A DNA stretch of 62,279 bases, counting the filler, from Sphacelaria rigidula (lineage: Eukaryota), in assembly GCA_964200075.2 (NCBI GenBank). It is 9 parts of 9 records of this genome, joined end to end, with 100 filler letters (N's around TTAATTAATTAA, not from the genome) between each part and the next. Parts side by side here need not be neighbours in the genome. Positions count along the whole stretch, not along the records: positions 48,520 to 55,349 come from CAXNAA020017866.1; positions 55,450 to 62,279 come from CAXNAA020017867.1; 7 more parts are not named here. The stretch is one strand, 5' to 3'. This document shows, piece by piece, positions 48,944 to 61,849 of this stretch. Within the stretch, counting starts at the first letter, position 1, and each line of letters begins with the position of its first letter. Both the position numbers and the translations under genes were made by a program. The notes under the pieces are model-generated. The model was given only the letters and a program-made list of their open reading frames with translations. It searched no databases and was not told the DNA's origin.

Positions 48944-51900
48944 CTTAGCTTCGGCTTCACCCTTCGCCAAGATGGCTGCGGCCTCAGCTTTACCGATCTC
49001 TCCGATCTCGTGTGCCTTGGCCTGCGTGGAAGATGTCAAGCATCCGGAAATAGGACGCGCTGTTATGTGATCGTCCTTTCGGAACATTTTTCAGCAGAAT
49101 ATTTCAATTACCGTACGATATGCTTCTTTTTTTTTCCCTTCTTTTTCTCTTGTTTCGCATCTCCTCTTTTATTAGTTTACCCTACTGTTCTACTTTTTTC
49201 AGTTCTATTTTTTTAGTTCTCTTATTTTTTCCCGGTGAGTTGTTCAGTCTGGTTTCGTCTCAGGTACATTTATCATGTGACCACGGCTGGATCCCTGGCG
49301 GATCAGTTCAGGTGCGGCAATCCATTAATTGACCATTGAAATTAATTAATCAATCAATCAAAACCAAACGATCAAAGTGACTTTGACCAGTCGCCGCGAA
49401 AAAGAGTGTTTACACGACATCGCGAGGAGGGAACCGGGATTGCAACAATTGGTGGAGGGCACATGGCAGCTAGATAATGACTTCAGTAACAGTACACTCA
49501 TCTAGTTAAACCTTGCTTTCTGTTGTTGATCGGTTGTCACACGTTAAACTGACCCCTGAGGGTCTCAGCTGCAGTCACAAAAATAGCCATGTACCCAAAG
49601 GTAGACAAAAACGGATATAATGCTCGCTCAATAATAAAAAAGTGGGGAAAAAACAGGAACAAAATGATAGAGTCGAGAATAAACCACAGGAATGAACTTG
49701 AGAAACAAAAAACCAGAGCAAACACAAAACCAGAAAATGAAAGAGTTGACACTAAACAAAACAGAACAAACAAACGCATGCAGCCTTGTTTACCTTTCAA
49801 GTGCTGGCGTGACAAAAACACTTCATAGCTGTAGCTCTCGCTGTCCTTATATATGAATAAATATATACACGCATAGTATTTTAGGTGAGTTTAAAGGTTA
49901 CCAATAGTAGAAGGTAAGGATGCATTCAGGACGGAACCTAGAAATTATACTGCCGCGGTCTCAGACTATAGCCTTGCCTCAACCTTTCAGGCCTAAATCT
50001 ATACTTCTACTTCATTATCGTAGACCGTGGACATGTGACACGCACGCAGCACAAGAAGACAGGAGTACAGTAAAAATAAAAACGTGACAAGCCGTGCGCC
50101 TGGATCAGAGTGGAAAATAATAAAAATACTCTCATATATATATATATATATATATGCATTTGCGCCACACCAACATGAATCAGGAACGAAACTCTAAGCT
50201 TGGTTGGCTCTTCCGTTTCTATGCGTTTTCTTCAATTCGTTCCCTCCATTCTGTCTTTTCTCCCTGAATTGTTTTGTTTGACGATTAACCCCTTCAGCGT
50301 CGGAGGTGTCCATTTGCGGGATACGCATCATTTTCATGTTCTTATGAAGCGAAAACGATGTCGATTTAACAAACGGAGGCCTCTCGCGCTACAGGGGTTG
50401 AACGCACCTTCTCTTGAGTTTCCTGTAGCGCGCATTGCTGTTCACGCACTGCCCTTCATGACTACCTTGGTATACGAATGCCTCTCTGTCCTCTGACCAA
50501 TAAGGACAGGTAATCGGTGGCGGATTGGTTACTGGGTGACAATCGACCCATCAATCACTGACTCAACCAATCACTGAGTAATAGAATGTACGCAACAAAC
50601 CACGCGCCTTGACCTGTTCGGAAACCGAATTACAAGCAATATACAGAACGTTTAGCATAGCTTGCACAAGATCACAAGCACAGAATGTATCCCTTCATGC
50701 TTGCAACTCGTGTGTTTTTTTCGTGGGAAGACTCACATCTGCGGCCGCTCTGACGGCTTCCGCCCTATTCTTCTCCTCGATAAGCATGGCGAGAGACACA
50801 CCCTCTTTCTGCTTCTGTTGTCTCAACGCCTCCGTACCCTGCACCTCCAGTAGAACCAAGGCCTTCTCCGCCTCTTGCTTCGTCTGCTCCCTCACCACCT
50901 TCGTATGGAAGCAAGTTCATCTTATTATTATGTGATCATTATGTTATTATTACGATATTATTATGGTATTATTATGATATTATTGTATTATCATCCTGTT
51001 ATTATGATGATGATACATGATCTTGTTGTTGCTGTTGTTGTTGTTACTGTTTTATTTGGATCGCCATTTCCGCACATTAGCACTATCAATCGAACCCGTG
51101 GTTGCAGACCTAGCCTCGCCTTTCCATTATCGTCACTACTATTACTCACGTACGTATGATAATAATAACGGTAACAGTTCATCAGAGTTGGCTTGCGAAG
51201 ATGTATTGAAATCGGAGGGGCCATCGGCGCAGTCCAAGAATTAAACCCTCACCACAGTATTACGATACAGTTATCCATATAATCATGGACACCACAGTAA
51301 TACTAACAAGAGCGTATACGAGGAGATGTACGGCCTACATCGTCTTCTCAGTATAGTGAAGCTGGGTCCTGACATCGGATCTGAACAAAATAATAATTTG
51401 AGAATGAGATTGCGAAAAGGAGAACAATTGCGACGAACAGCCCACGCGCGGCAAACAACCATTATACGTTTCCTTTCGCATTATAATCTGACTTTTCCTC
51501 CCATTCTTCTCACAATACAATATATATATATATATATATTTTTTTTCTTCTAGAAGGTGAGAATTATACTGTAGTGCAAAAAGGAGCGTAAAATGGTCGC
51601 CACGCGTTGGTGGTTAGTTGGCCATAGTCATTCTCGCAGTCTCACCCTTTGATTCTTAATTTTCTTCTTTTGCTTAGGCGGGCGGGGCCTAATGGTACAT
51701 GCTCAGCATGAATCGCTGCTCTATTGACCCAACTCCTAGCCTGAAAGGGCGTCGGTAGACGTACAATATGTTGACCCTTTTGATGCCAGCTGCTATGCAG
51801 ATGGGACACCAGGATGAACCGCCCGGATAACGTGCAAAACATTACTCCTCTGATTCAACGGCATACCTGAGTCGGACGCCAGGGAGCACGGACTCACGGT

Positions 51901-54209
51901 GTGTGTAGTCATCGGGGCTGAAGCTCGGGCAAACAAAATTGCTAATAGGGACTACTCAACTATAGCGCCGGGGTTGCTATAATGATGTTGAAGGTCAGCC
52001 AGCCGGTGATATCATTCCGAAACGAGGTCTGGCCTTCAAAGGGTTCACCAAACAGAAAGAAGAGAGCAAAGCCGAACGGAGCCGAACCGAACCAAACCTA
52101 GAACTAAATCCAGAACCAAATGTGCGCACCTGTTGACCCTGCCTAGCTTTCTCGATATCGAAGGCCACTACCGCCGTGGCTTCGGTGGCGTTGATCTCCT
52201 TCTTATACTCGGCCTGCTTGACAGCCAAGTCACGGTCTGCTGCTGCCTTCTTCTCGTTCTCCGCCGCCACCTATGACGAAAAAAGACAGTGAAGATTATT
52301 TATTAGTACGGTACATACGCGTGCGACAGCAGCAGGTCATTATCCATACATGAATGAATATATGTAAAAAAGTGATACCTCGACAGACACTTGAGGGAAC
52401 TTTCCCCTTCTCGGTGGTGGTTTCCACACCCAGGGGGTGATACAGGTGTTTATGTCAGCGGAGGGTACGGTTACCGTTACGGGTACGGTGACAGTTGCGG
52501 GTACGGTTATGGATAGGAGTGTTTCAGGGCACGCTCCTCGTACTATTTTCCCCATTTTACTCGTGTTCGTTCTCTCCTTTCTCTTCTGTACGTGAAGGTT
52601 TTTCTCGACTTCCCTCTAACGCAAATATTTTCGTGTGTTTGCCCTGGGTAGGTACAGTCTGTACTGTGACTGCACGGCTGGATTCAACACGTATTCACTG
52701 ATGCGCGACTGTCAAACAGCCAATGAGCCAAGCAACCTACTCGAAATGCACCGTGTTTTCTATTTTTTACTCGATGCCCGCGAATGCATGCAAAATCCTG
52801 ATATACGCAGTACTTTGGGAAATCTTTACCTCATGTACAAACCATCGGAATACTCAGTAATACTTAGTACCGGGGAGAAATGGATTGATCCCTTGGGACC
52901 ACGGACTCGTCCCGAGCAAGATGAGGGGTTCAAAGTGCGATAAATAAATAATGAATACAAAAAAACTACAAATACTTAGTATCTCTGTACTCTTTGAAAA
53001 CGGCACTCGAATGCTACGTTGACTCGGGTAGCTAGGCCTTACTGGAGAGCATAGCTTGGGACTAAAGATGTTGTGCGACGACGGGGGGTGGTACACTGGC
53101 CACTCGGAGTGAGGAGCATGATCATAGCCCAGACTAGAGATTGGAGAATGAGTGTCCCCGGGCCGGCAGGCAAGGTTTATTAGTAAGCAGGTTTGGGGGC
53201 GAAGTGGTGATCACACTGAACACGATTGATACGCGAAAGATCTACTTTCATGACGGATCTTGGAAAACGCCCTGTTTTTGTCCCGGACCTCGAGCATTTC
53301 TTGGCTCTTAAATTTGTGGGGGAAAAGGATATTTGGCGAGGAAAACGGCTATGATATCAATTGTCTCGATTTCATGTTGTAACGGAATGGTTCAGACCGT
53401 ATGTTAAGAGGGATGGCGACCTGTTTTGTCGACCTCAGTATACATACCCCGCATTCACACTTCTCGACCACCTCGTTGTGTGCACCCGACTCCCTACTTC
53501 GCAGTGATTACTAATCATGCGCTTCACAATGAAAGCAAGCTTAACCCTTAGACCGCGAGATTATACTTTTTTTCACTTGAAATTGATGCCGATTCAACAG
53601 AAGACTAACCGCGCGGTCTAAGGGTTAACAGCGCATGATCTCTCGTTTTTTTCAAGGCCTCAAGCCATCCCGAACAAAATTTCCGAAGCCTGTTCGTTCT
53701 GGCCGTTGTTTGAACGGCAAAACCTCAATACAAAATAACAAAAACATGCAATCTTTTATGTTGATTATTTTTTTTCTCATATATCCCAAGTGCCCACGCA
53801 TGACAGGGCTCCTTGTTCTTGATCCCGTGCAAAACTGTAGGTGTAAAGGTATGGCTTGCAGGACTCCGATATCCTCGTCGTTGTTAGCGAGCGACCTTCG
53901 GCGTCTACCTGGTTCTAGTGCGTGCTTCCACCGTAGAACTGGGTGTGACATACTGTAGATAGTGAGTACGCCATCGGGGACACTACGCCTTGATTGAAGG
54001 AGTAAAAAAAAAAAAAAAAAGGCATGACGAGGGATGAAGACGTGAAGGAACCAACCACACACCTGCACGTGGGCTTCAGCTCGGTAGGAAGCCTCCGCCA
54101 TGGTGGCCGAGCTCTCGTGTTCCGCGACTCGTTTTTTCGCCTCGGATTCGTTCTTGCTCTGACCCTCCGATGCTTCGCGCTGTTTGTTTTTGTGTCCATC
54201 GCGGACGAT

Positions 54210-54245
<36 letters not shown>

Positions 54246-54636
54246 GGATGACGGCAGTAACAATAAAAAAACGTGAAACAAAATACGATGAGAATGCTCC
54301 GGTACTGATGAGCGGCGAGCGGGGCGCAGAGGAGAGGACAGCATAAAGTGCATACGACGACGACGACGACGATGACGACGACAATGATGATGACGACAGC
54401 CGCCAACGCATCTACTCATATATAAGCACAGCGGCGTGAACCTCACCATCCCACCGCCCCCTCTTGGTCAAGTCAAAATAAATAGGCCTACGTTTTCGTC
54501 ACGTACTGTAGCACGGAAGAGCAGCAGAAACAACAACAAACACCATCAAATTCAATCACACAAAAACAACAGACTCGGCTCATTTATTTTCCATACCTTG
54601 ACGAGAGCCGTTTGCGTAGCTCCGAGCGCTTCCATG
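48944..54636 (-). CDS. FLOT: Flotillin (SPFH family), partial. Exons 54636-54597, 54179-54063, 52270-52130, 50898-50737, 49021-48944.
   Basis: GT-AG exons in consistent phase translate MEALGATQTALVK|REASEGQS...|...DRDLAVKQAEYKKEINATEATAVVAFDIEKARQGQQ|VVREQ...RAAAD|AKAHEIGEIGKAEAAAILAKGEAEAK. This matches the flotillin ALGxxxxAxVxxxAxxG motif and the AE/EA coiled-coil region. The SPFH-domain and terminal exons are outside the contig. Confidence 0.87.
50289..50397. mobile_element. Short piggyBac-like MITE (degenerate)
   Basis: TTAA-CCCCTTCAGCG...CGCTACAGGGG-TTGA. Confidence 0.5.
53545..53624. mobile_element. 80-bp piggyBac-like MITE
   Basis: TTAA TSD on both sides. Perfect 13-bp TIR CCCTTAGACCGCG / CGCGGTCTAAGGG. 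Confidence 0.85.
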
Positions 54637-55015
54637 CTGTTGTTTCGAATCCGGTTCGTTCCGGCGCAGAGTATTTCAAGCACGTGCCGTTTTGGGGCAA
54701 CATCCGGGTCAATGTAGAAACGCACGGGAAGAGCGTTAAGAAATGTAGACGGGCGTGGAACATCGCGTCAACCCTTTGGCCGCCCAGGTATAGTATGTCT
54801 ATTTATAAAGTCAGCATCAGGATTGCTTGAAGTGTGTGCTTGTCAGACTCAGGTGCCCCCCTCCTCTGAGGGTGCCCAAAAGCATTGTCATCATCCATGA
54901 AAACGCGTCTACTCGGTGGGGACAGGGGTTGTGTTCAAATTTCGGCAGAAAAACGGCAGAAAGAAGCGTTTTCATTCTGATGGAGGCAAAGGCATCGTCG
55001 TGGGTAAAATCCTCA

Positions 55016-55185
55016 TGATTATTATGATTATTATGATTCTTATGGTTATGATTATGATATATCATATATCATATATCATATATGATTATTAATATGATTA
55101 TGATTATTATTATTATTACTATTATGATTATGATTATGATTATTATGATTATCATTATTGTTATTGTTGCTATTATCATTACTAT

Positions 55186-55217
<32 letters not shown>

Positions 55218-55266
55218 CTATCATTACTATTACTATTACTCTTACTATTACTATTGTTATTGTTGC

Positions 55267-55349
<83 letters not shown>
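55016..55349. repeat. (ATT)n-type compound microsatellite running into the gap
   Basis: Directly visible. Confidence 0.95.
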
Positions 55350-55825
55350 NNNNNNNNNNNNNNNNNNNNNNNNNNNNNNNNNNNNNNNNNNNNTTAATTA
55401 ATTAANNNNNNNNNNNNNNNNNNNNNNNNNNNNNNNNNNNNNNNNNNNNAAATGAGTACGCCCCCCCCGCCCCCCCTCCGCCCCCGCCCCCTCTCCGCCC
55501 CGCATCTCCCCGCGCCACGTCCAAGACGCATGTAGTTCAAGAACGCCAATGCGTTCAAGTGCAAAACGTGCATACGCCATGCATCTTCTTCTTGCATGGT
55601 AATCAATTGGTGGGAGGAGAGACGCGTCATTATACGATGAGAGCTTCGACTGCCATCCGTTGTCCAAAGCGCAGACAGGGTAGATCGTGCAAGTGCGTCA
55701 AATAATACGGAACTGCGGTCCGTAGATAAAGATTCCGTGGCCAGGATGCGGATGTGTTCGCAGCATGAGGTTGAGTTCAAAGCAGCGCGACCGCGCACCG
55801 TTTTATTCATTTATTTTGTATTTGT

Positions 55826-56062
55826 CGCACTTTGAACCCCTACCTCTCCTCGGGGCGAGTCCGTGGTCTCAAGGGATCAAGCCATCTCTCCCCGGTGCAC
55901 GCCTTGCGTTTTGGTCTCGCGGATTGGATCAGCACCCCCGCACCGCGTTGACTCACGCTGTCCGCGGTGTCACATACTACGAAGGAAAACCCGACACATT
56001 GAGGATGGAGCCCTCGTTCTCTTCACCCTAATGCAACATTCGGTCCATTACACCACCGGGGC
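55826..56062 (-). mobile_element. tRNA-derived SINE family B copy
   Basis: Head GCCCCGGTGGTGTAATGG on the minus strand; body as 23520-23831. Confidence 0.75.
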
Positions 56063-56075
56063 GCGCCAATCGGTA

Positions 56076-56363
56076 TGCGTGGGCGCACCAGCCGAATCAC
56101 ACAGGAGCAAGGCCAACACAGGAGGGGTTCCTTTCTCCTTCGAATTCTGCACCTTCCTTCTGCGGTGCTTGCCTTTTCAACGCGAGAGGGGTTCAGCAGT
56201 CCGTTTCCCTCCTCGACCGTTAAGTCGAATATTGCGTACCCACGACATAGTCTCCACTGTTGGGCATTGTGTAAGAGAACGTCCCGGATCGCTCCGAGGT
56301 TCGAACTCACGACCCAACCGCCAGGAGGTTTCGAGGTTACCACCTGAGCCACTGGGACGACCG
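56076..56363 (-). mobile_element. tRNA-derived SINE family A copy, directly abutting the family B copy
   Basis: Head GGTCGTCCCAGTGGCTCAGGTGGT, B-box GAGTTCGAACC. Confidence 0.75.
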
Positions 56364-56637
56364 GTTTAAGCTGTGCAAACGCACACATACCTAAGGCACC
56401 CACAAAGGCACACATGCCCAAGGCACTCTAAACGTCATCCTGTCCACAATTGAACGCGGCGTGGCCAGGAGTGCGCGGTCGGTGCTGGAGTTGACGATAG
56501 TACGGGGGTAATGGTATCACCTGTTGGGGCTCTTTCATTCGGGAAGTCAGGACTATTGATACTGCCACGAAAATGGATGCACATATCGTGGCGTTTCTTC
56601 TCATGGTTTCTCTTTCCTTGTGCAAACCACAACTGAC

Positions 56638-59249
56638 CTTTACGTTGGTTGAGACGGCGGCAGCGGCCTCTGAATAGCTGCTTATACTTCCGATCACGAT
56701 GTCGGCGGCGGCAAGGCAGTCAAACGTGCTCGTCGCCGATTCGCGTAGGAAAATTTCCTGCCGTACACGCACACACAGACGTGGGGGGCGGGAGGCCGGG
56801 GGGGGGGGGGGCATGTTCAAAATACACACCAACGATTTCATGTTTAGAAGCAAGTACTTCGTACAGCCTCGCAAAACTTGGGACGAGGAAAACACAAACT
56901 AGGCAAGCAATAGCGTCCCTCCGTTGTGAAAGTTGGATAGGATTCGCCTTGCAATTAATGCTGCGACAGTATCACAAGGCATGACTTTGAACGGGGTGCT
57001 ACACATTATGTTCCTAGATACAGAAGTGGTGATGAGTACCACGAAACGGCGCGACTGAGATCCCCGTTCAGCAATCGATGGTGGTTTGTTGATGGGGGGA
57101 AACAAGGAACATGAGTCACATGTTTGTCGACACTGGCACGAGGCGTATCGCCAATACCGGCGCCAACCACCCCCGCCCTGGACCCTCCTCTCGATGACAC
57201 GCGGTGAAGAAAAAGAGGACAAAACATTTTCAACAATAGCCAAAGCGGAAACAAAAACTCCGATTATACGTGTTTATACTGAATTTGAGATGAAACAACC
57301 CGCACCCCTCGCTGTGATGTAAGGCTCACCTCTAAGGTTTACTCGCAGCACCGGTAGACATCACTAACCACGCACAGATTTGCATATTCTACGGAATTGA
57401 AACGTCCTGGTTGCCGCAAACGTATTTCCTGCTGCAAACTACGAGTCTTCATCGCAGACCGCTGGCAAGGAGGGCTACACAGGAGGTGACAGCTTCAAAC
57501 CGTGAACGATCGGCCGAGATAATTGATACTTGCCATTCAACTTGCCATATGGTATGAGTCAAACGTTACCTTTTCACGGTAGGTGGCCGGAGAATTTATT
57601 GATGTAGTACCTGCGGGAGGGAATGTGCGGCTCTCGCCGCAAGAAATGACAGTCGCGCGTTCGTGATTCACCTGATAGCACTCCAGACCCAGGTCTTGGC
57701 AAGTATCCCGTGGTGCCTTCCACTCTACCGCGTCACCGTGTTCATCCAACACTTGGAACTTCCCCATCTTCGGAGAGCCTTCGCTGAACACGAGAATGGC
57801 TACGCGCGGCGTACTGGCGGTATTGAGGTTGTCGTTCCCGTCTTGATAAATCCTTGCGATGGCTTGGAGAGCTGACGTAACTGTTGCGACGAAGTACGCG
57901 TGGGGAATCAGCCTCCAAAAACCGCCTTTGAATGTCAGTATGTCCCCTCGCCGGACGTGAACGGCGACTACCCACGGTCGCCGTAACTGAGTGTTTTCCA
58001 GTGGATCGGGCTGGAAACAGGAAACAGAAAGGGGCAGGGTCGTGTTATATATACCGAAAATAACCGCAATGTCGATGAAAACACGGAGAGAAAGGTCTGA
58101 GGGGCGGGAGGGAGAGTTTTGTGCTCGCCACGGTGTGTATTTACCTTTCAATTCTGATATTTCATGCCAGACGTCAGCTGGACTGAGTTTCGTTCAACGC
58201 TTGCCACGATGAGCAACCATCCGTCTCCGGTTGATCTAAATACCCGAAAAGTAGAATGATGCAAGGAGCTGAGCCGCGTCTACAAACACGGGCAACAAGA
58301 GTGTGATCTCAACGTAACACGATGGGCGATGAGATGGAAACAAACGACTGCAGGGTCACGTCGCCTTTGACACTGGTCAGCAGGGCTCCTTTGTTGCAAA
58401 TAGGAGTGTCGTCCTCTACGACATGCAGCACTCCAGCATCCAGCGTGACCACCACAACAAAATCCGATCGCATGAAAATGGAAACGAATACCTCCTGCCC
58501 ACGAACGCTAACGTCGATATTAGGATCCTCGTTAGCTCCGTGGCCGTGCTCCCGGCCCATCGCCGCCGCTTCCCCATCCCGTGCCGCAAAAAAGTCCAAT
58601 AACTCAGGGGATGTCGCAAACAGGGAACGGCACCGATCCCTCTCACCCGGCCTGCTCCAAAAAATATCACGCAAGATCTGCCGAACGTAGCGACACACCC
58701 CGGGACTTGCTGGTGGCGGGGAGACAGGCCGAGCCCAGGTCTTCATCCTGTTGAGCTTGGCTGAGTCGAAAGTGTATACCACGGAAGTTCGATTCCGTTG
58801 CGAGTAGAACCACTCAAATCCATATCCTTCCGGGAACGGCACTTCTTGGGTCTGCGCGTGTTGATATGCCTCGGGGTCGCGAACCGCCAGCAGAGGGTTT
58901 TCTGTCAACCCGAACCATTGTCCGAAATCTCCGGTGCCGTGAGTGGCGAGAAACGGTCCAACAAATTCCACCTCGAGGTCGAACAGCATTGCGCGATCGA
59001 GGGCCCACGCGACTCTCAGGAGGTTTGCCCCTATCCCATCGCCTTTTTGAGGCTGTCTATCGTATTTGAGGTGGCGGTTGTGCGGGTCGCCGGTCCACCA
59101 GCTGCACTGGGTTTGCCATTCCTCTCTCGCGGCACAGCGCTCCGAGGGGAATATTGGGGCTGCCGCTGTTGATGCGGATGTCGCAACAGCTCTTGTTTCT
59201 GGTGATACTGCGGCGAACCTTTCGTCGCTGTCGGGTACTGTGTTATCCG
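56638..59249 (-). CDS. Fucosyltransferase-like (GT-B fold, GT11/GT23/NodZ-type motifs) protein, partial. Exons 59249-58492, 58010-57672, 56757-56638.
   Basis: An in-phase GT-AG exon chain contains DGIGANL (GxGN-like), VVAVHVRRGD (GDP-fucose-binding motif I), ILVFSE (motif II) and FDCLAAADIVIGSISSYS (motif III). The first and last exons were not resolved. Confidence 0.78.
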
Positions 59250-60480
59250 CTTAAAAAACGCGGGGTTTACCGTACAGAACCGGGGCGGTCACATGAAGTG
59301 AGAGAGCCAAAACAACAGGTAAAGCGGTGGGAGGTGCGGGGTTGGGGTGGTGAGACAGGGAGGGGTGGGGGGGGATGTGAAATGTGAAACATGAACAGCT
59401 GCAGCGCAGGAAAACCGCGAACGCACGAAAGGAAACTACTGAGGTATATTGGTGATCAAGTGCGCAACTGAAAATTTATGGGAGACTCCTCCAGTATCGC
59501 ACTGCCTCTGCCTCATCGACAAGAATCACTTATATATGACACGTGTATACTACCGATGTTGGATTGACGCCGGGGGTCGATGTACGGCATACTATTGCGT
59601 CGCAGCTCACCACTCACCTCTTCCGGCGACTCTGCGCTTTTTGCTTTCAGCAACAAGTAGCCAGGGTCTCTGCTTTCACCGGCTTCAAGCCGCCACAAAA
59701 AAATCTGATCCGTTCTCTCGACTTGGATAGACGACACCAAGACCAACTCTGGTGAGGCTCGAGATCAGATCGAACGCAAATGAGCAATTTCAACACCTTA
59801 AACGTATGTTCTTACTAGGACTGAGGGGTACTGTACTAGACCATGCGTCCCTAGGAATGTTTCCCGGAATCGCCGGGACGAACATGGTGGACTTTTGAGT
59901 TTTACCCGCACATACTGACTCGATATAAAATGGTGATGGCGAAAGACCGAAGTTCCAGTTCAGGAGAACCCTTTATTTTCTCATTTCCCCTGCTTTGTAG
60001 CCATCGTGCCCGATGATGTCAATTTGATGGGACACCAATGGCCAGTTCAGGCAGAAGGTTATGGGTTCGAGTCCAGAGACACAATTTCTTTTGGGCGAGT
60101 CTGGTTTCCGGCGCCGAAAACGTGAGGAGGTACATGATGAGTAGCCGAGAACGTTTTGGGCGAGAGTCGACGCAGTGCCGGAGGGCTGATTCAACCAGCT
60201 ACACAAAAATGCCAGGCATGCACCGCAGGAGAGATGGTATGATCCCTTGAGACCACGGACCGATTCCGAGGAAGGGGAGGGGTTCAAAGTATGGCCGGAG
60301 AATATACCCGAATATTCTAGAACAGTGCAACTGCCAACATTTTGGACACGAGAGCAAACCTAGAACGTGAGAAACGAGAAGGACCACCAATTGGAAATTT
60401 CCGCTTCTAGAGCAGCTTTCCTGATTGGTGAGGGTCACCTGAACCGATGCCGGCTGTTGCCAGGGAGTCATAAAATCAAG

Positions 60481-61394
60481 GATGATTCGTGGGGATATCT
60501 TGAACACGAGAAGGATTGCAAAAGTAAAGTAATAGAGCAGGTGCTTAATATACACTAGGAAATGGAGAGAGTGGCAGCGAATGGAAACAAAGGCGGTACT
60601 TGTATGTAACAAAGATAAGGGAGACCCATTAAGTTCAAATGAAAGGGGGGAGGAGAGGAACTGCCGATCGTAGACCGGTATACATCCCTTGGAGTAGATA
60701 TATGACACAAGTGGTCTTGGGATGCACACATAATAACTAACGTAATAGAAAGGGTAACAGACAGATAGGGAGGATGGACGTGATCCTCAGAGACTCGCAC
60801 CTAGACAATAGGATTAAGATATGTATTTAGACGAATGTGATTTTACCAAAGCTAGAATATGCAGGAGCAGTATAGGAGTGGAACGCGAAGTTGATGAAGA
60901 AGCTGGAAACAGTACAGATGGCAGCAGCCAACAATATACTTGGGTCTTCAAGACCGAGGAGTAATACAGCATTGAGAGCAGAGTTGGGAATATACCCATT
61001 CAAAACAAGAAGAGACATGAGAAAACTGAAATGACAATGAAGCGCAAGAAACACGCCAAGAAATAGATTGCCAGCCATAGTTGATAGGGCCGTATGGAAA
61101 AAAACAACAACGAAAGGGCAGACTGATATATGGTTGGATAGAACAGTCGAAAAAGTATGGAAGGACAATAGAAGAAACGAAGACGAGATCATGTCCATAG
61201 CTAGATTTGTCGGGCAAAAACCAAAAGTAAGAAACGTGACAGAAATAAGGGGGAAAGAAGCGCTCAGACACAGAGTAGAGGAGGGAGAACACCTGAAGAT
61301 TTACGGGTGGTTCAGTGAGGGGATAGGGATGAAAGCATATCTGCATGGCCCAATGGAATCTGCGAAAAGACTTGAAGGGCGGTTTCGGGTGTGA
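60481..61394 (+). mobile_element. Decayed non-LTR retrotransposon RT C-terminal region
   Basis: Fragments DD.., EEELPIVDRYTSLGV, WSWDAHI, NVILPKLEYAG, KKLETVQ, ALRAELG and RLPAIVDRAVW in LINE order, with many stops. Confidence 0.8.
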
Positions 61395-61849
61395 GTGCAA
61401 TGCGTGGGAGGACCACGTACGTTTTGGACCGCACCAGAGTTCGAACCCCCTACGACCGACGTGTCGGGAGGACCGCGCGGACGTCGTCAAGGTAGGGACC
61501 GCGAGCTAACCTAGACCGCGCATATATCGAGCCAGGGATAACGAAATCATGTGAGGTGACTGGAACGACACGACGACAACGCAGTGTGCCTCGGAGGAGG
61601 GCGAGGATTTCAAAACTGTTGACCGAAACTCGCGTGGGAGTCACCCTAGAATGTGGATTGTGGCGGAAAAGAGTTGGCAACAGCGTATTTCAGGGAGGTG
61701 ACTACCGCGTCGTCATGACCGCATGGACGGTGATGCTCGGCACTTGAAGGCACCATATATATATCGAGACGACCCATCCGCTCGATACTAACAGATGCCA
61801 GCTGCCAAAACGACCCTTCTGCTCCACACTTACAAGTACCAGGTGCCGA

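Noticed and set aside
55500-55810. Terminal exon of the fucosyltransferase-like gene
   Set aside because: An open frame exists, but no convincing AG acceptor or homology could be identified.
54637-59249. Fucosyltransferase gene nested in a flotillin intron
   Set aside because: The two genes lie on different contigs joined by an artificial linker.
59618-59750. First exon of the fucosyltransferase-like gene
   Set aside because: It has a good GTGAGT donor, but the open frame ends in phase 0 whereas the 59249 acceptor needs phase 1, and the phase-1 frame contains a stop. Unresolved.
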